Of a stretch of 64,000 bases of DNA, positions 17,889 to 27,600 are shown in pieces. Origin of the DNA: Candidatus Peregrinibacteria bacterium. GTDB taxonomy: Bacteria > Patescibacteriota > Gracilibacteria > UBA1369 > UBA12473. Below the pieces are notes generated by a model, which was not told the origin of the DNA, searched no databases, and saw only the letters and a list, made by a program, of their open reading frames with translations. Position 1 is the first letter of the stretch; each line of letters begins with the position of its first letter. The stretch spans positions 5,416 to 69,415 of the forward strand of contig JABJMC010000023.1 of NCBI GenBank assembly GCA_018659585.1, written 5' to 3'. Both the position numbers and the translations under genes were made by a program.

Positions 17889-20800
17889 ATGAACAAACGT
17901 ACTATTACGCATCTTACCCTGATTGCGCTCGCTATCATTACCCTTGGGTTCTTTAATCTTCCCTACAACACCCAAACTAATATTCTTTCCTCTACTCCTG
18001 ACAGTTTTGAAACCCAAAAAATTCAACTTGGTCTCGATTTACAAGGAGGAACCCAACTTGATTACAAAGTAGATTTACGAAAAGTGGAAGATCGCGATCA
18101 AGAAGCAATTATCGAAGGAGTTTTAGAAGTCCTAACCCGTCGTGTTAATGGATTAGGAGTTTCCGAACCAAACATTTACCGCTCCGAAATTGCTGATGAA
18201 CAGCATATTATTATTGAATTAGCTGGGATCAAAGATATCGACGAAGCCAAAGCAATTGTTGGAAAAACTATTCAACTCGAATTTAAAGAAGAAGGTGGCA
18301 CCGCCATTACCACTGAAAATCGCGCTCAAGTTGAAGTTTCCGCTCAAAGTGCTCTAGACCGAATTTTAGCTGGCGAAGATTTTATGGCTATTGCCTCCGA
18401 AGAAGAACTAGCTAACCCTGGAGTAGCCTTTTACTTCCCCAGTGACGAAGAAGGTCATGTTTTAGAAAGTTATTTAGCTGATGGTTATGCCGAAGCTTTA
18501 GCCACCATGGAAGTTGGCGAAACTCACTCTGAACTTTTACAAACAAGTGATGGCTATACTTTTGATACTTACGGAAACTTAACAGAACTCGAAGGTTATT
18601 TCATTATTAGATTAATTGATGCTCGTGATGGCGAAAAAATCACTGGAGAAGACAAAGAGGTTGAAGCTCGTCATGTTCTAGTTGCGGCCGAAGACCGAGA
18701 ACTAGCCGAAGAACTCTTAGAACGCGCTCAAAACGGTGAATCTGTCGAAGATTTAGCCAAAGAATATTCAACTGAACCAGGTGCTAATTCCTCTGGTGGT
18801 TACCTTGGATTTTTTGGCCCTGGGGCCATGGTTAAACCATTCGAAGATGCAGCCTTTGCCATGGGAGTTGGTGATGTCTCTGCCAACCTTGTAGAAACCG
18901 AATTTGGGCTTCACATTATCGAAGTTATTGATATTAAAGAAGCTACTTCCGAAACCGTTATTGAAACTGAATACAAACTCGAAAAACTCTTTTACTCCAC
19001 CGCTCCAGACCCTTGGAGAGACACCAACTTAACTGGTGAACATTTCACGCACGCAGACGTTGCTTTTTCTCAAACTTACACTCCTTATGTAACCATTGAA
19101 TTCAATTCCGAAGGATCCAAATTATTTGAAGAAATCACCGAAAAAAATGTCGGCAAACGAGTTGCTATTTTTGTAGGTGGAGAACTTATTTCTGCTCCTA
19201 ATGTGAATGAAAAAATCACTGGTGGCCGAGCTCAAATCTCTGGTGATTTTACCGTAGAAGAAGCCTCTGAATTAGCCCGTGATTTAAACACTGGTGCTAT
19301 ACCCGCTCCAATTATTCTTGTTGGTCAATACACCATTGGGGCCTCACTTGGACAAAGCGCCCTAGATACTAGTTTAAAAGCTGGTTTAATTGGTCTTATC
19401 ATCCTCGTGCTCTACATGATGCTCTACTACCGCCTCCCCGGTCTCTTAGCTAATATTGCGCTTTCTCTTTATGCAATTTTGCTTATTTTCTGCATCAAAG
19501 TCGCTATGCCACTAGTCTTGTCTTTAACTATCTCTCTGATTGTTTTCTCGACACTAGTAGTGTTAATTATGCGCAACAAAGATTCGGGCTGGGAAAAACT
19601 CCTATCTTTTATGCTGGCCTGTTTTGTGCTGTTTTTCTTAACCTACCTTCTATCTAGCGCCGTAGTACTTACGCTTGCTGGTGTGGCTGGTGTGGTTCTA
19701 TCCATTGGAATGGCAGTTGATGCCAACATTCTTATTTTTGAACGAATGCGTGAAGAATTACACAATGGCCGCCCTTTATCTGGCGCTATTGAAGTTGGAT
19801 TTGATCGCGCTTGGAGTTCTATTCGTGATTCAAACTTCTCCTCTCTTATTACTTGTGCGATTTTGATTTATTTTGGAACTTCAATTATTCGAGGATTCGC
19901 GGTTAACTTGGCGCTTGGTATTTTGATCTCTATGTTCACAGCCATTATTATTACGCGAACTTTACTTAGAGCTTTAGTAAAAACTAAACTTGGCAAAAGT
20001 GATTTCTTACTTGGCACTCCCAAGAAATCTCACCCTCGTCTCCCAATTATAAAAGCACGCAAAATTTGGTTTGGTCTTTCTGGAGCTTTAATTATTGCTT
20101 CTTTAATTGCTATCCCATTAAACGGTCTTAATTTTGGTTTAGATTTTACAGGAGGAACACTACTCGAAATTCAATTTAACGAAACCGTCCCAACTTCAGA
20201 TGAAGTTTCAACCAAAATCACTGAAATCGAAGAAAATCTCTTAGTCGTAGAAGACACTGTATCTACTGTTACTGAAGAACTCGAAGAAGAAGTCTCAACC
20301 ATCGAGGATGCTCCACAAGCAATCCTGATGGAAGAAAGTAGCTTAATCGCTCTAGAGGAAGATCAAGAAATCCCCGTAGACTTTGGCGAACCCGTCATAG
20401 TTTCAACCAGTGAAACCAGCTACATGATTCGAATGAAGCACATTTCTAATGAATCGCACGAAGCTATCATTGCCACTTTCACTGATTCCTTTGGAGAAGT
20501 CGAAGAAACTCGCTTTAACACCATCGGTCCCACTATCGGAGCCACTATGAAAACCAAAGCAGTCATGGCTCTTGGTTTAGCCTTAATAATGATTGTTTTC
20601 TACATTGCCTTTGCCTTCCGCAGCATTCCCAAACATACCAGCCCATGGCGCTTTGGTTTAACAGCCATTGCCGCTCTTGTGCATGATGTACTTATTACCC
20701 TTGGAGTGTTTGTTGTCTTAGGAAGCGTTCTCGGCGTAGAAATTGATGCTTTATTTGTGACTGCTCTTCTAACTATTATGGGATTCTCGGTTCATGATAC

Positions 20801-21089
20801 GATTGTTACTTTTGACCGTGTTCGTGAAAACTTAAAGAATCAAAAAGCTGGTGAAGACTTTGAAGACGTTGCCGAACGTGCCGTTAACGAAACCTTGGCT
20901 CGATCTTTCAATACTTCTATTTCTACTCTATTTACTATTGCAGCACTCTTCTTCTTAGGAGCTGCTTCTATTCATTATTTCTTACTTGCTCTTATCGTTG
21001 GTTTGATTGCTGGTACTTACTCCTCAATCTTTACGGCCACACCATTACTGGTGGCCTGGCACAAACGAGCCCATAATAAGAAAAAGTAA
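17889..21089 (+). CDS. secDF: SecD-SecF fusion protein with an embedded parvulin-type PPIase domain
   Basis: 1066 aa. SecD start (LGLDLQGGTQL, VNGLGVSEPNIY), a 6-TM block, and a SecF block (LNFGLDFTGGTLLEIQF plus a second 6-TM block). Residues around 257-351 read as a PpiC/parvulin domain (ARHVLV...GGYLGFFGPGAMVKPFEDAAF...EFGLHIIEV). Confidence 0.85.
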   Translation: MNKRTITHLTLIALAIITLGFFNLPYNTQTNILSSTPDSFETQKIQLGLDLQGGTQLDYKVDLRKVEDRDQEAIIEGVLEVLTRRVNGLGVSEPNIYRSEIADEQHIIIELAGIKDIDEAKAIVGKTIQLEFKEEGGTAITTENRAQVEVSAQSALDRILAGEDFMAIASEEELANPGVAFYFPSDEEGHVLESYLADGYAEALATMEVGETHSELLQTSDGYTFDTYGNLTELEGYFIIRLIDARDGEKITGEDKEVEARHVLVAAEDRELAEELLERAQNGESVEDLAKEYSTEPGANSSGGYLGFFGPGAMVKPFEDAAFAMGVGDVSANLVETEFGLHIIEVIDIKEATSETVIETEYKLEKLFYSTAPDPWRDTNLTGEHFTHADVAFSQTYTPYVTIEFNSEGSKLFEEITEKNVGKRVAIFVGGELISAPNVNEKITGGRAQISGDFTVEEASELARDLNTGAIPAPIILVGQYTIGASLGQSALDTSLKAGLIGLIILVLYMMLYYRLPGLLANIALSLYAILLIFCIKVAMPLVLSLTISLIVFSTLVVLIMRNKDSGWEKLLSFMLACFVLFFLTYLLSSAVVLTLAGVAGVVLSIGMAVDANILIFERMREELHNGRPLSGAIEVGFDRAWSSIRDSNFSSLITCAILIYFGTSIIRGFAVNLALGILISMFTAIIITRTLLRALVKTKLGKSDFLLGTPKKSHPRLPIIKARKIWFGLSGALIIASLIAIPLNGLNFGLDFTGGTLLEIQFNETVPTSDEVSTKITEIEENLLVVEDTVSTVTEELEEEVSTIEDAPQAILMEESSLIALEEDQEIPVDFGEPVIVSTSETSYMIRMKHISNESHEAIIATFTDSFGEVEETRFNTIGPTIGATMKTKAVMALGLALIMIVFYIAFAFRSIPKHTSPWRFGLTAIAALVHDVLITLGVFVVLGSVLGVEIDALFVTALLTIMGFSVHDTIVTFDRVRENLKNQKAGEDFEDVAERAVNETLARSFNTSISTLFTIAALFFLGAASIHYFLLALIVGLIAGTYSSIFTATPLLVAWHKRAHNKKK

Positions 21090-21110
21090 ATATTTTATAA
21101 ACCTTCCCTT

Positions 21111-22172
21111 ATGTTTAAAAAAGTAGTCTCAACTATGGCTGTTTTAGGAATCATGATTAGTCTTATCCCTATTGCTAGCGCCTCATTTAATGATGTTTCT
21201 TCTTCAGCTTGGTATTCTTCGTATGTAGAAACTCTAGCCGATCAAAACATCCTTTCTGGGTACAGTGATGGCACGTTTCGTCCAGAAGAGACCCTAACTC
21301 GCGCTCAAGCCACAAAACTAGTAGTCGCCGCCTTAATGGACGAATCTTTTCAAGAAAACGATTATGACCACAGTTTTTCCGATGTTTATTTAAGTGCCTG
21401 GTATACCATTTATATCCAAACTGCCGAAAAATTCTATTTAATTGACTCTGCCAACAATTTTGAACCAAACGAATCCATTGATCGCGCTGCCTTTACAAAA
21501 TTAATTATTACTGGCCTCGGAATCGAACCAGACGTTGATAAAACCGAAGGAAGTCCCTTTACCGATGTTGGTACTAGTGCTTGGTACTATGATTATGTAA
21601 AAACTGCTTACGATATTGGGTTAATTTCTGGCTATGATGACGGCACTTTTCAAGCTGGAAATTTAGTTAATAGAGCCGAAGCCGCTAAACTAATTGCCGA
21701 GGCCCAAGAATATCAGACTACAAATGGTCAGCACTATGGCTCTTTTGTAGATTGTGACGATGATCTGTCTTGTTACGCTGAACAGGCTGCTACCTGTGCT
21801 TTTAGCGAGTTAGATGTTAGTTTTTCTTTTGAATTTGGCTACACAATAAATGAATCCATTCACACTGAACTACAAGGCCTAGTCGATGAAAAATGCCAGT
21901 ATCTTACAATAGTTTCTGATTTATATTTTACTATATCAGACGAAGTCAAAGAAGAATTATTAGCTAGTGGCTACACTGAAGAAGAAATTGAAGAAGAATT
22001 AGCTCAAAATAACGAAGATGCTCTCCTTTCCATTGGCAATGGATATTTATGTGAGTGGGACATTGAAACAATCCTCGGAGATTTAAACACTTTAGAAGAA
22101 TTTCTAGAAACCGGCTCTGGATCATTTTCCGGATCATCAGACGACACAGAACAATGTGAAATGATTTTGTAG
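21111..22172 (+). CDS. secreted protein with three N-terminal SLH domains
   Basis: 353 aa. Signal peptide (ends PIASA), three S-layer-homology repeats (FNDV..AWY...GYSDGTFRP...TRAQATKL and two more), and an acidic Cys-containing C-terminal half. Confidence 0.8.
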   Translation: MFKKVVSTMAVLGIMISLIPIASASFNDVSSSAWYSSYVETLADQNILSGYSDGTFRPEETLTRAQATKLVVAALMDESFQENDYDHSFSDVYLSAWYTIYIQTAEKFYLIDSANNFEPNESIDRAAFTKLIITGLGIEPDVDKTEGSPFTDVGTSAWYYDYVKTAYDIGLISGYDDGTFQAGNLVNRAEAAKLIAEAQEYQTTNGQHYGSFVDCDDDLSCYAEQAATCAFSELDVSFSFEFGYTINESIHTELQGLVDEKCQYLTIVSDLYFTISDEVKEELLASGYTEEEIEEELAQNNEDALLSIGNGYLCEWDIETILGDLNTLEEFLETGSGSFSGSSDDTEQCEMIL

Positions 22173-22200
22173 ACTTGCCAAAAAGAATCCGTATAATACA

Positions 22201-22230
22201 AGGGAGTCTGAAAATGGCTCCCTTTCAAAT
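22201..22230 (+). terminator. possible weak intrinsic terminator after the SLH gene
   Basis: 8-bp stem (22201-22208 with 22216-22223, one G-U pair), a 7-nt loop, then TTTCAAATT. The T-tract is poor. Confidence 0.3.
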
Positions 22231-22233
22231 TGT

Positions 22234-22309
22234 GCGCCAGTAGCTCAGTGGATAGAGCACTGGTCTTCGGAACCAGGTGTCGGGGGTTCGAATCCCTCCT
22301 GGCGCACCA
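22234..22309 (+). tRNA. tRNA-Arg (anticodon UCG), with CCA encoded
   Basis: Hand-folded cloverleaf. Acceptor GCGCCAG/CTGGCGC, D-arm GCTC-AGTGGATA-GAGC, anticodon arm CTGGT-CTTCGGA-ACCAG (anticodon TCG), 5-nt variable loop, T-arm GGGGG-TTCGAAT-CCCTC, discriminator A, CCA at 22307-22309. Confidence 0.92.
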
Positions 22310-22317
22310 AATAAATT

Positions 22318-24651
22318 TTACAAAAAGTCCTCCCCCCAAATCTCCAAGAAGTAATCATGGACATCTTCGGTAAACACATATTCCCACGTCCAATCTAAGA
22401 CCAGTAAACGATAAATCTCTTCTGAGACCTCCGCTCGAGTTCGGCCATAATTAGGATCAAAACTAGTTCCTGATTCTTCCAGCAAACCCATATCATAAGC
22501 TGTTTTTAAATAAGGGGCATACCAGGCACTAGAATAAACATCTTCATACGGGAGTTCATTCAAATTCGCCCAACTCGGCACTTCCACACCATAAGACTCC
22601 ATAATCATTTTCAAAGCCTCCACTTTACTCACCGTATTTCCTGGATAAAAATTTCCATCACTATAACCTTGAACCCAACCTTGTTCCTTGGCATAACAAA
22701 CATACGATGCAAACCACTCATCCGTCACGTCTGGAAAACAATCTCGATAAGTATCTTCATCTGGAGTTTCGCCTAATGACCCATGAATCATCACTTTTAT
22801 TAACTCCGCCCGATTAATAGTCTTATTTGGCTTAAATGTGCCATCCTCGTATCCTTCTAGCACTCCTATATAAGTCAAAAACTTAACTGCTTCATAATTA
22901 CGATGACTGGAATAAATATCAGAAAAATTCACACCCGCTATATCCACTACAATTTCATTACTATGATAAGCACTTTCCTCATAATTTCCGCTAAATCCAG
23001 TTACCGTAAAATAAAATGTATCATCCCATAAATCAGTAATTGTAGCGTGAGTAATATGTGCTCCATAAATTATTTCAAAATGAGTATAATAACCACTATC
23101 TGTTCCATAATTTACATAATAACCAGCCGCGTCTTCAGCCCCAACTCTAGTCCAGTTCAAAGTTACAGAATTTTCGGTTGAAGAAAGTAATTCTACCTCC
23201 GTAACTGTCAAATCATCAAAAGCCCCTTCTTCGGTCCAACCATCAATATTTTCACCAGCCTCATCCCCCTCTTTATCAGAATCATCTTCAACTTCAACCT
23301 CTGTTTCCTCTATTGTTGTAATTTCAACTTCCTCCCCCTCCAAATAATCACCAACCGTCGCTGAATAAGTATAATCATACGCAACAGAAAAAGCGTCTTC
23401 TTCACTTTCAATACTAGCTGGATCATCCGAAAGCGGAGCCAAAATAACTGTAATCAAAGTGCAATCTTCCATAATTGGAAAAGTAATCGTTCCTTGCCCA
23501 TCACCAGCGTCAATTCTAGTTGAAATCAATTCCTCTGTTAAATACACTAAATCTGTTTCTGGCAAAACCATTACTCCTAAATCAATTTCTGAGCTTTTGG
23601 ATAAAGTTAACTGAAAATCACTACCCCAATGCGTAGAATTAACCCAAAATTGCAAATAATTAACTCCAAACAAAGCTGGATTTTGGTAATACCAAGTTGA
23701 TTCATCTTCAATCGGGTATTCATCTGAATAGTGTAAACCTTGAATATCTACCCAAGGATATTCTGACCCCTCTTCATAATAACTTCGCAAGTAATTCCAA
23801 TAAGCAAAATTCATATAAGTATCCCTAATATCGTCTCCTTGGTCCGAAACAATCTCACGGTAAGCCTCATAGGCATCCCAAACATCTGGGGTCTCCTCAT
23901 TAAAATAAGCATCCACTACATCGGCAATCAAAGTCCAATCTTCATAGTATTCACTAATAAAAATTGGCCAAATAGAAAGAGCGTATTCAAACAAACTACC
24001 ATCTGGAATAACCCCCGTAAAAACTGAATAATCAGGATAATTAAAGTAATGATAAAGATAATTGTAGTAATCATCTACATCGTCATACATATATTCTTCT
24101 ACCCAAGTCGCAGTTTGCTCGGCAAAGTTAATATCTTGATCATAACCCGCAAAATATCCCTGATATCCAAACTGAATAACATGAAAAAGTTCATGCGCAA
24201 TCGTCACTTTCAAAAGCTCAGTATCTAAACCCGGATCAACCGCCATATAAATTTCACCATTAGGCAAAATACCCGTTACACCCAAAGTCCCTTCATCTAA
24301 ATAAAAATCTCGATCATCCAGAATTAAATACACTTTTTCTTGATCATCCAAAGGCGAAGGAAGACCCAAAGTCCCCACTTCCTCATCCCAACTATCCTCA
24401 GCGTATTGTGCAATTTCTTCCAACAAATTAGATTCACCATCATAATCCGTATCTTGACCATTTTTGATCGTTTTACTGAACTCAATCATAAAATGTTCAG
24501 TATCAATGGCGTTTATTTTGTGAGTCCCACCATAAATATTAGACTCAAAACTAAAAGCTAAGGCCGTGTTAGAGATTAAAAATAATCCAATTAACAGACC
24601 AAAGGCCCCCATAACGGAGGCCTTAATTTTTCGGGAGGGTAATTTTTTCAT
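22318..24651 (-). CDS. secreted HExxH (putative zinc metalloprotease) protein with an FN3-like module and three C-terminal SLH domains
   Basis: 777 aa. Signal/anchor helix, HELFH motif (TIAHELFHVIQ), an FN3-like segment (VTLNWTRVGAEDAAGYYVNYG), and SLH repeats at the C-terminus (FSDIY...GYEDGTFKP; FPDVTDEWF...GYSDGNFYP; YEDVYSSAWY). Confidence 0.75.
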   Translation of the reverse strand: MKKLPSRKIKASVMGAFGLLIGLFLISNTALAFSFESNIYGGTHKINAIDTEHFMIEFSKTIKNGQDTDYDGESNLLEEIAQYAEDSWDEEVGTLGLPSPLDDQEKVYLILDDRDFYLDEGTLGVTGILPNGEIYMAVDPGLDTELLKVTIAHELFHVIQFGYQGYFAGYDQDINFAEQTATWVEEYMYDDVDDYYNYLYHYFNYPDYSVFTGVIPDGSLFEYALSIWPIFISEYYEDWTLIADVVDAYFNEETPDVWDAYEAYREIVSDQGDDIRDTYMNFAYWNYLRSYYEEGSEYPWVDIQGLHYSDEYPIEDESTWYYQNPALFGVNYLQFWVNSTHWGSDFQLTLSKSSEIDLGVMVLPETDLVYLTEELISTRIDAGDGQGTITFPIMEDCTLITVILAPLSDDPASIESEEDAFSVAYDYTYSATVGDYLEGEEVEITTIEETEVEVEDDSDKEGDEAGENIDGWTEEGAFDDLTVTEVELLSSTENSVTLNWTRVGAEDAAGYYVNYGTDSGYYTHFEIIYGAHITHATITDLWDDTFYFTVTGFSGNYEESAYHSNEIVVDIAGVNFSDIYSSHRNYEAVKFLTYIGVLEGYEDGTFKPNKTINRAELIKVMIHGSLGETPDEDTYRDCFPDVTDEWFASYVCYAKEQGWVQGYSDGNFYPGNTVSKVEALKMIMESYGVEVPSWANLNELPYEDVYSSAWYAPYLKTAYDMGLLEESGTSFDPNYGRTRAEVSEEIYRLLVLDWTWEYVFTEDVHDYFLEIWGEDFL

Positions 24652-24667
24652 AAACGTTGTTTAAAGA

Positions 24668-27600
24668 TTACATGGTTGACTCTTGAGCATAAAACTCATA
24701 AAGCAATGTAATCATCTTAAACATTTCTGCCCGATTTACCAAGTTAAATGGTCGGAAATAGCCATCAGGATAACCAGACACAATACCGTTATCCACCGCG
24801 GTTTGGATCATATCAGAAGTACTATCATAAAGCCCTGAGCCATCCCCTACATCAGGAAAGGAATAGGTATCATACTCTGTGTAATCAATACCTAAAATTT
24901 CGAAACCTAGTTGAATAACTTCCCATCGATAAGCTGGGCTTGTCCCCTGGCTTAAATCTGTTCCAATTACGTCATCCAATATCGTAAGCTCCAAACCAGA
25001 GTTATAAATGCATTGGACATAACCTTCAGCCCAGTGATCTTCCATCCAATCCACATCACTAGTTAAATCCACTGTATCTGACTCACAACTAGTTTCACCT
25101 AAACCAATATCTAAATGATCAGCCAACTCAGACATAATCTTAATTAGCTGCAAACGAGTTAGATTATCAGCCGGTCCAATATGCCCCGTTAGATTACCGA
25201 AAGCGTCTTTATAACCAGAAAAGAAATAAGCAGTAGCTACATCCATATAATGCGCATACCAAGCATCATAATCCGCATCTAACATGTATCCAGCCGCAGC
25301 CTGCACATCTTCCATTTTTTCTTCTAATTTTTCTTTAGCAATTCCAAAAATATTAAGAATTTTATCATTCAACTCATCACCAGTAAATGTGCCGTCGTTA
25401 TAGTCATCTAACGCACTTTGCACCGTAGAAGTAATAATGGCTAAATCTTTTCGTAAATCAATAATCAAAGGATCTTCATCCTCATCATCACCAGGTAAAA
25501 GATCGAGCAAACTATCAATTATCGCATCTGTAGTTGTCAAAACATCATCATCTAATTCTCCGGTATCTTGAACATCATCAATAACATCTACTAACCGATA
25601 AATTTGCGCGTGAAGTTCAAACAAATCACTAAAAATTTGATCTGCAGCTATTAATAAATCACTACGATTCTTAAACATATCGCTAATCATGATTTGGTTA
25701 CCAGTGCCATCATCTAATTCAAAAATTCCTAACTCATCTTCTAGACCAAATTGCTCATCAAAAACCTCATCACCATTCTCATCTTCCACAACCACCTCTA
25801 TATAACGATCTGATTGCGAATCACTAAAAGAAACTAAAGATAAAAATCCATCCATATGACCAAAAAGTCCGGCATCTAATTCCATCGAAGATTTATCATC
25901 AGAACGAACCAAATAATCATAACCTTCCTCTTCGTGAACCTCGAGCAGCATTGGCATATAACTTCGAATAATAGATCCTTCATTTAGAGAAAGATTAACG
26001 TTATAAAAAACATCCTCCTCATTAGTTGAACCATTTCCATCTAGATTACCAATCCTAACTTGTAAAAGAGCTGTGTCTTTAAAAGTTTGAAACCAACTAG
26101 AAAGTTCAATCAAGTTAAACATAACCTGATAACCATCTGCGTATTCATACTTGTAATAACCATCCTCTACCAAATCATCTAGAAATACTTCTAAACTTGT
26201 ATTGCTATATTCAGAATTAAATTCAATAAACGGACCATCCCATTCACCATCACCATCATCATCCAAATCCGCTTTAATCTTAAACAAAATCCCATCTTTC
26301 CCATTATAAATAGTAGAATCAAAAGATGTCATCGTTGGATTCGTATTTCCAAAATCAATGAAATCCTCATCTTCAAAACCTAATTTATCAATTGGACGAC
26401 CCACAATTGAATTTTCAAAATTTACGCTTCCGTCCCAGCTAGTTGGCTCTATGTCATCATCGTCACCAACATATCCCCACTTAACTGTTAAATAGTAAAG
26501 ATCTGGATAGTCAGAGTCTGTCCAAAGCTCTTCAAAATCACTAAACACATCATCATCAAAATCATCTTTATCCACTTCATCAATACCATCATCAACATCA
26601 TCTACATCAGTATCAGCCACGTAATCGTAAACAATCTCCATTACTAAATTTGTAACCTCCATACAGTTATTATCATCATCTAATTCTTCCAACTCATTAG
26701 CTGGATCAACACAAGCTTTTACATCATAACTTTGGCTATCATCAAGCACCAAAGGTTGAATTGTAGAAACTCCATCAACTACCAAAAATTCTCGATTACT
26801 TTCAGATAAAGTCGAAGAATTATAGGTGTATTCAGGGTTATCAAAATCATCAATATAAATATAAAGACCCACCTCCGTATCAGAATCTACAACTCCTTCA
26901 TTTCCAACTTGAACACTTAAACGATTACTTTCATCAATATAAATATCTTGCAGCACTAAATCAGCTAAATCCTCATCCACTACAACTGTTTGCGCTGTTT
27001 CAAAAGTAAAAGATTCCTCCATGCAATTATTGTCCTCATCTGATTCCTCTACAGAATCTAAATAATCCACACAAACTTCTATTGTTTGATCATCTGTCAC
27101 ATTAAATGGTTGCAAAATAGACGAACCATCAACTTCCACAAAACTCTGGTCAGCTAGAGTTTTCCAGGAATAAGTCTTATCAAGCTCACCATCCACCCAA
27201 ATATAAGTTACTCCACCAGTAGTAATTTCGGCATCAGCTTCTCCTTCGTTTCCGATTTGAATAGAAAGAGTATCACCATCTAAATAAATATCCTGTAGCA
27301 CTAAATCTGGCAATCCAGCGTCAAAAGTAGCTTCTAAACAGTTATTTTCTTCATTTAATTCTTCAACCACGTCTTTTGCGTCCACACAAGCTTCAACAGT
27401 ATGAGCACCAGTCAACATTCCGGGGCTAATAGTGGCACTTCCATCTACTTGTAAAAAGCTCTTATCATTCAAAGAAGTCCACGCATAAGTGTAGGACAGC
27501 TCTTCATCAATATAAATATAGGTATTTCCGGCGGTGGTTGAATCCACGTCCGCATCACCTTCATTCCCAGACACCACATTAAGATAAAAATCATCATCAA

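Noticed and set aside
22175-22197. TTGCCA ... TATAAT as a promoter for the tRNA
   Set aside because: The spacer is only 11 nt, far from the 16-18 nt optimum. The TATAAT alone might act, but the support is too weak to call.
22173-22317. tRNA-Arg as the attachment site of an integrated element carrying the SLH genes
   Set aside because: No integrase or recombinase gene is present, and I saw no direct repeat of the tRNA 3' end nearby. The composition of the flanking genes looks like the rest of the window. A computational repeat search was not possible.
22004-22339. 111-aa minus-strand ORF spanning the tRNA-Arg gene and the 3' end of the SLH gene
   Set aside because: It lies antisense to a well-folded tRNA and to a supported CDS. 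Its sequence has no motif, so it is a by-product of the tRNA sequence.
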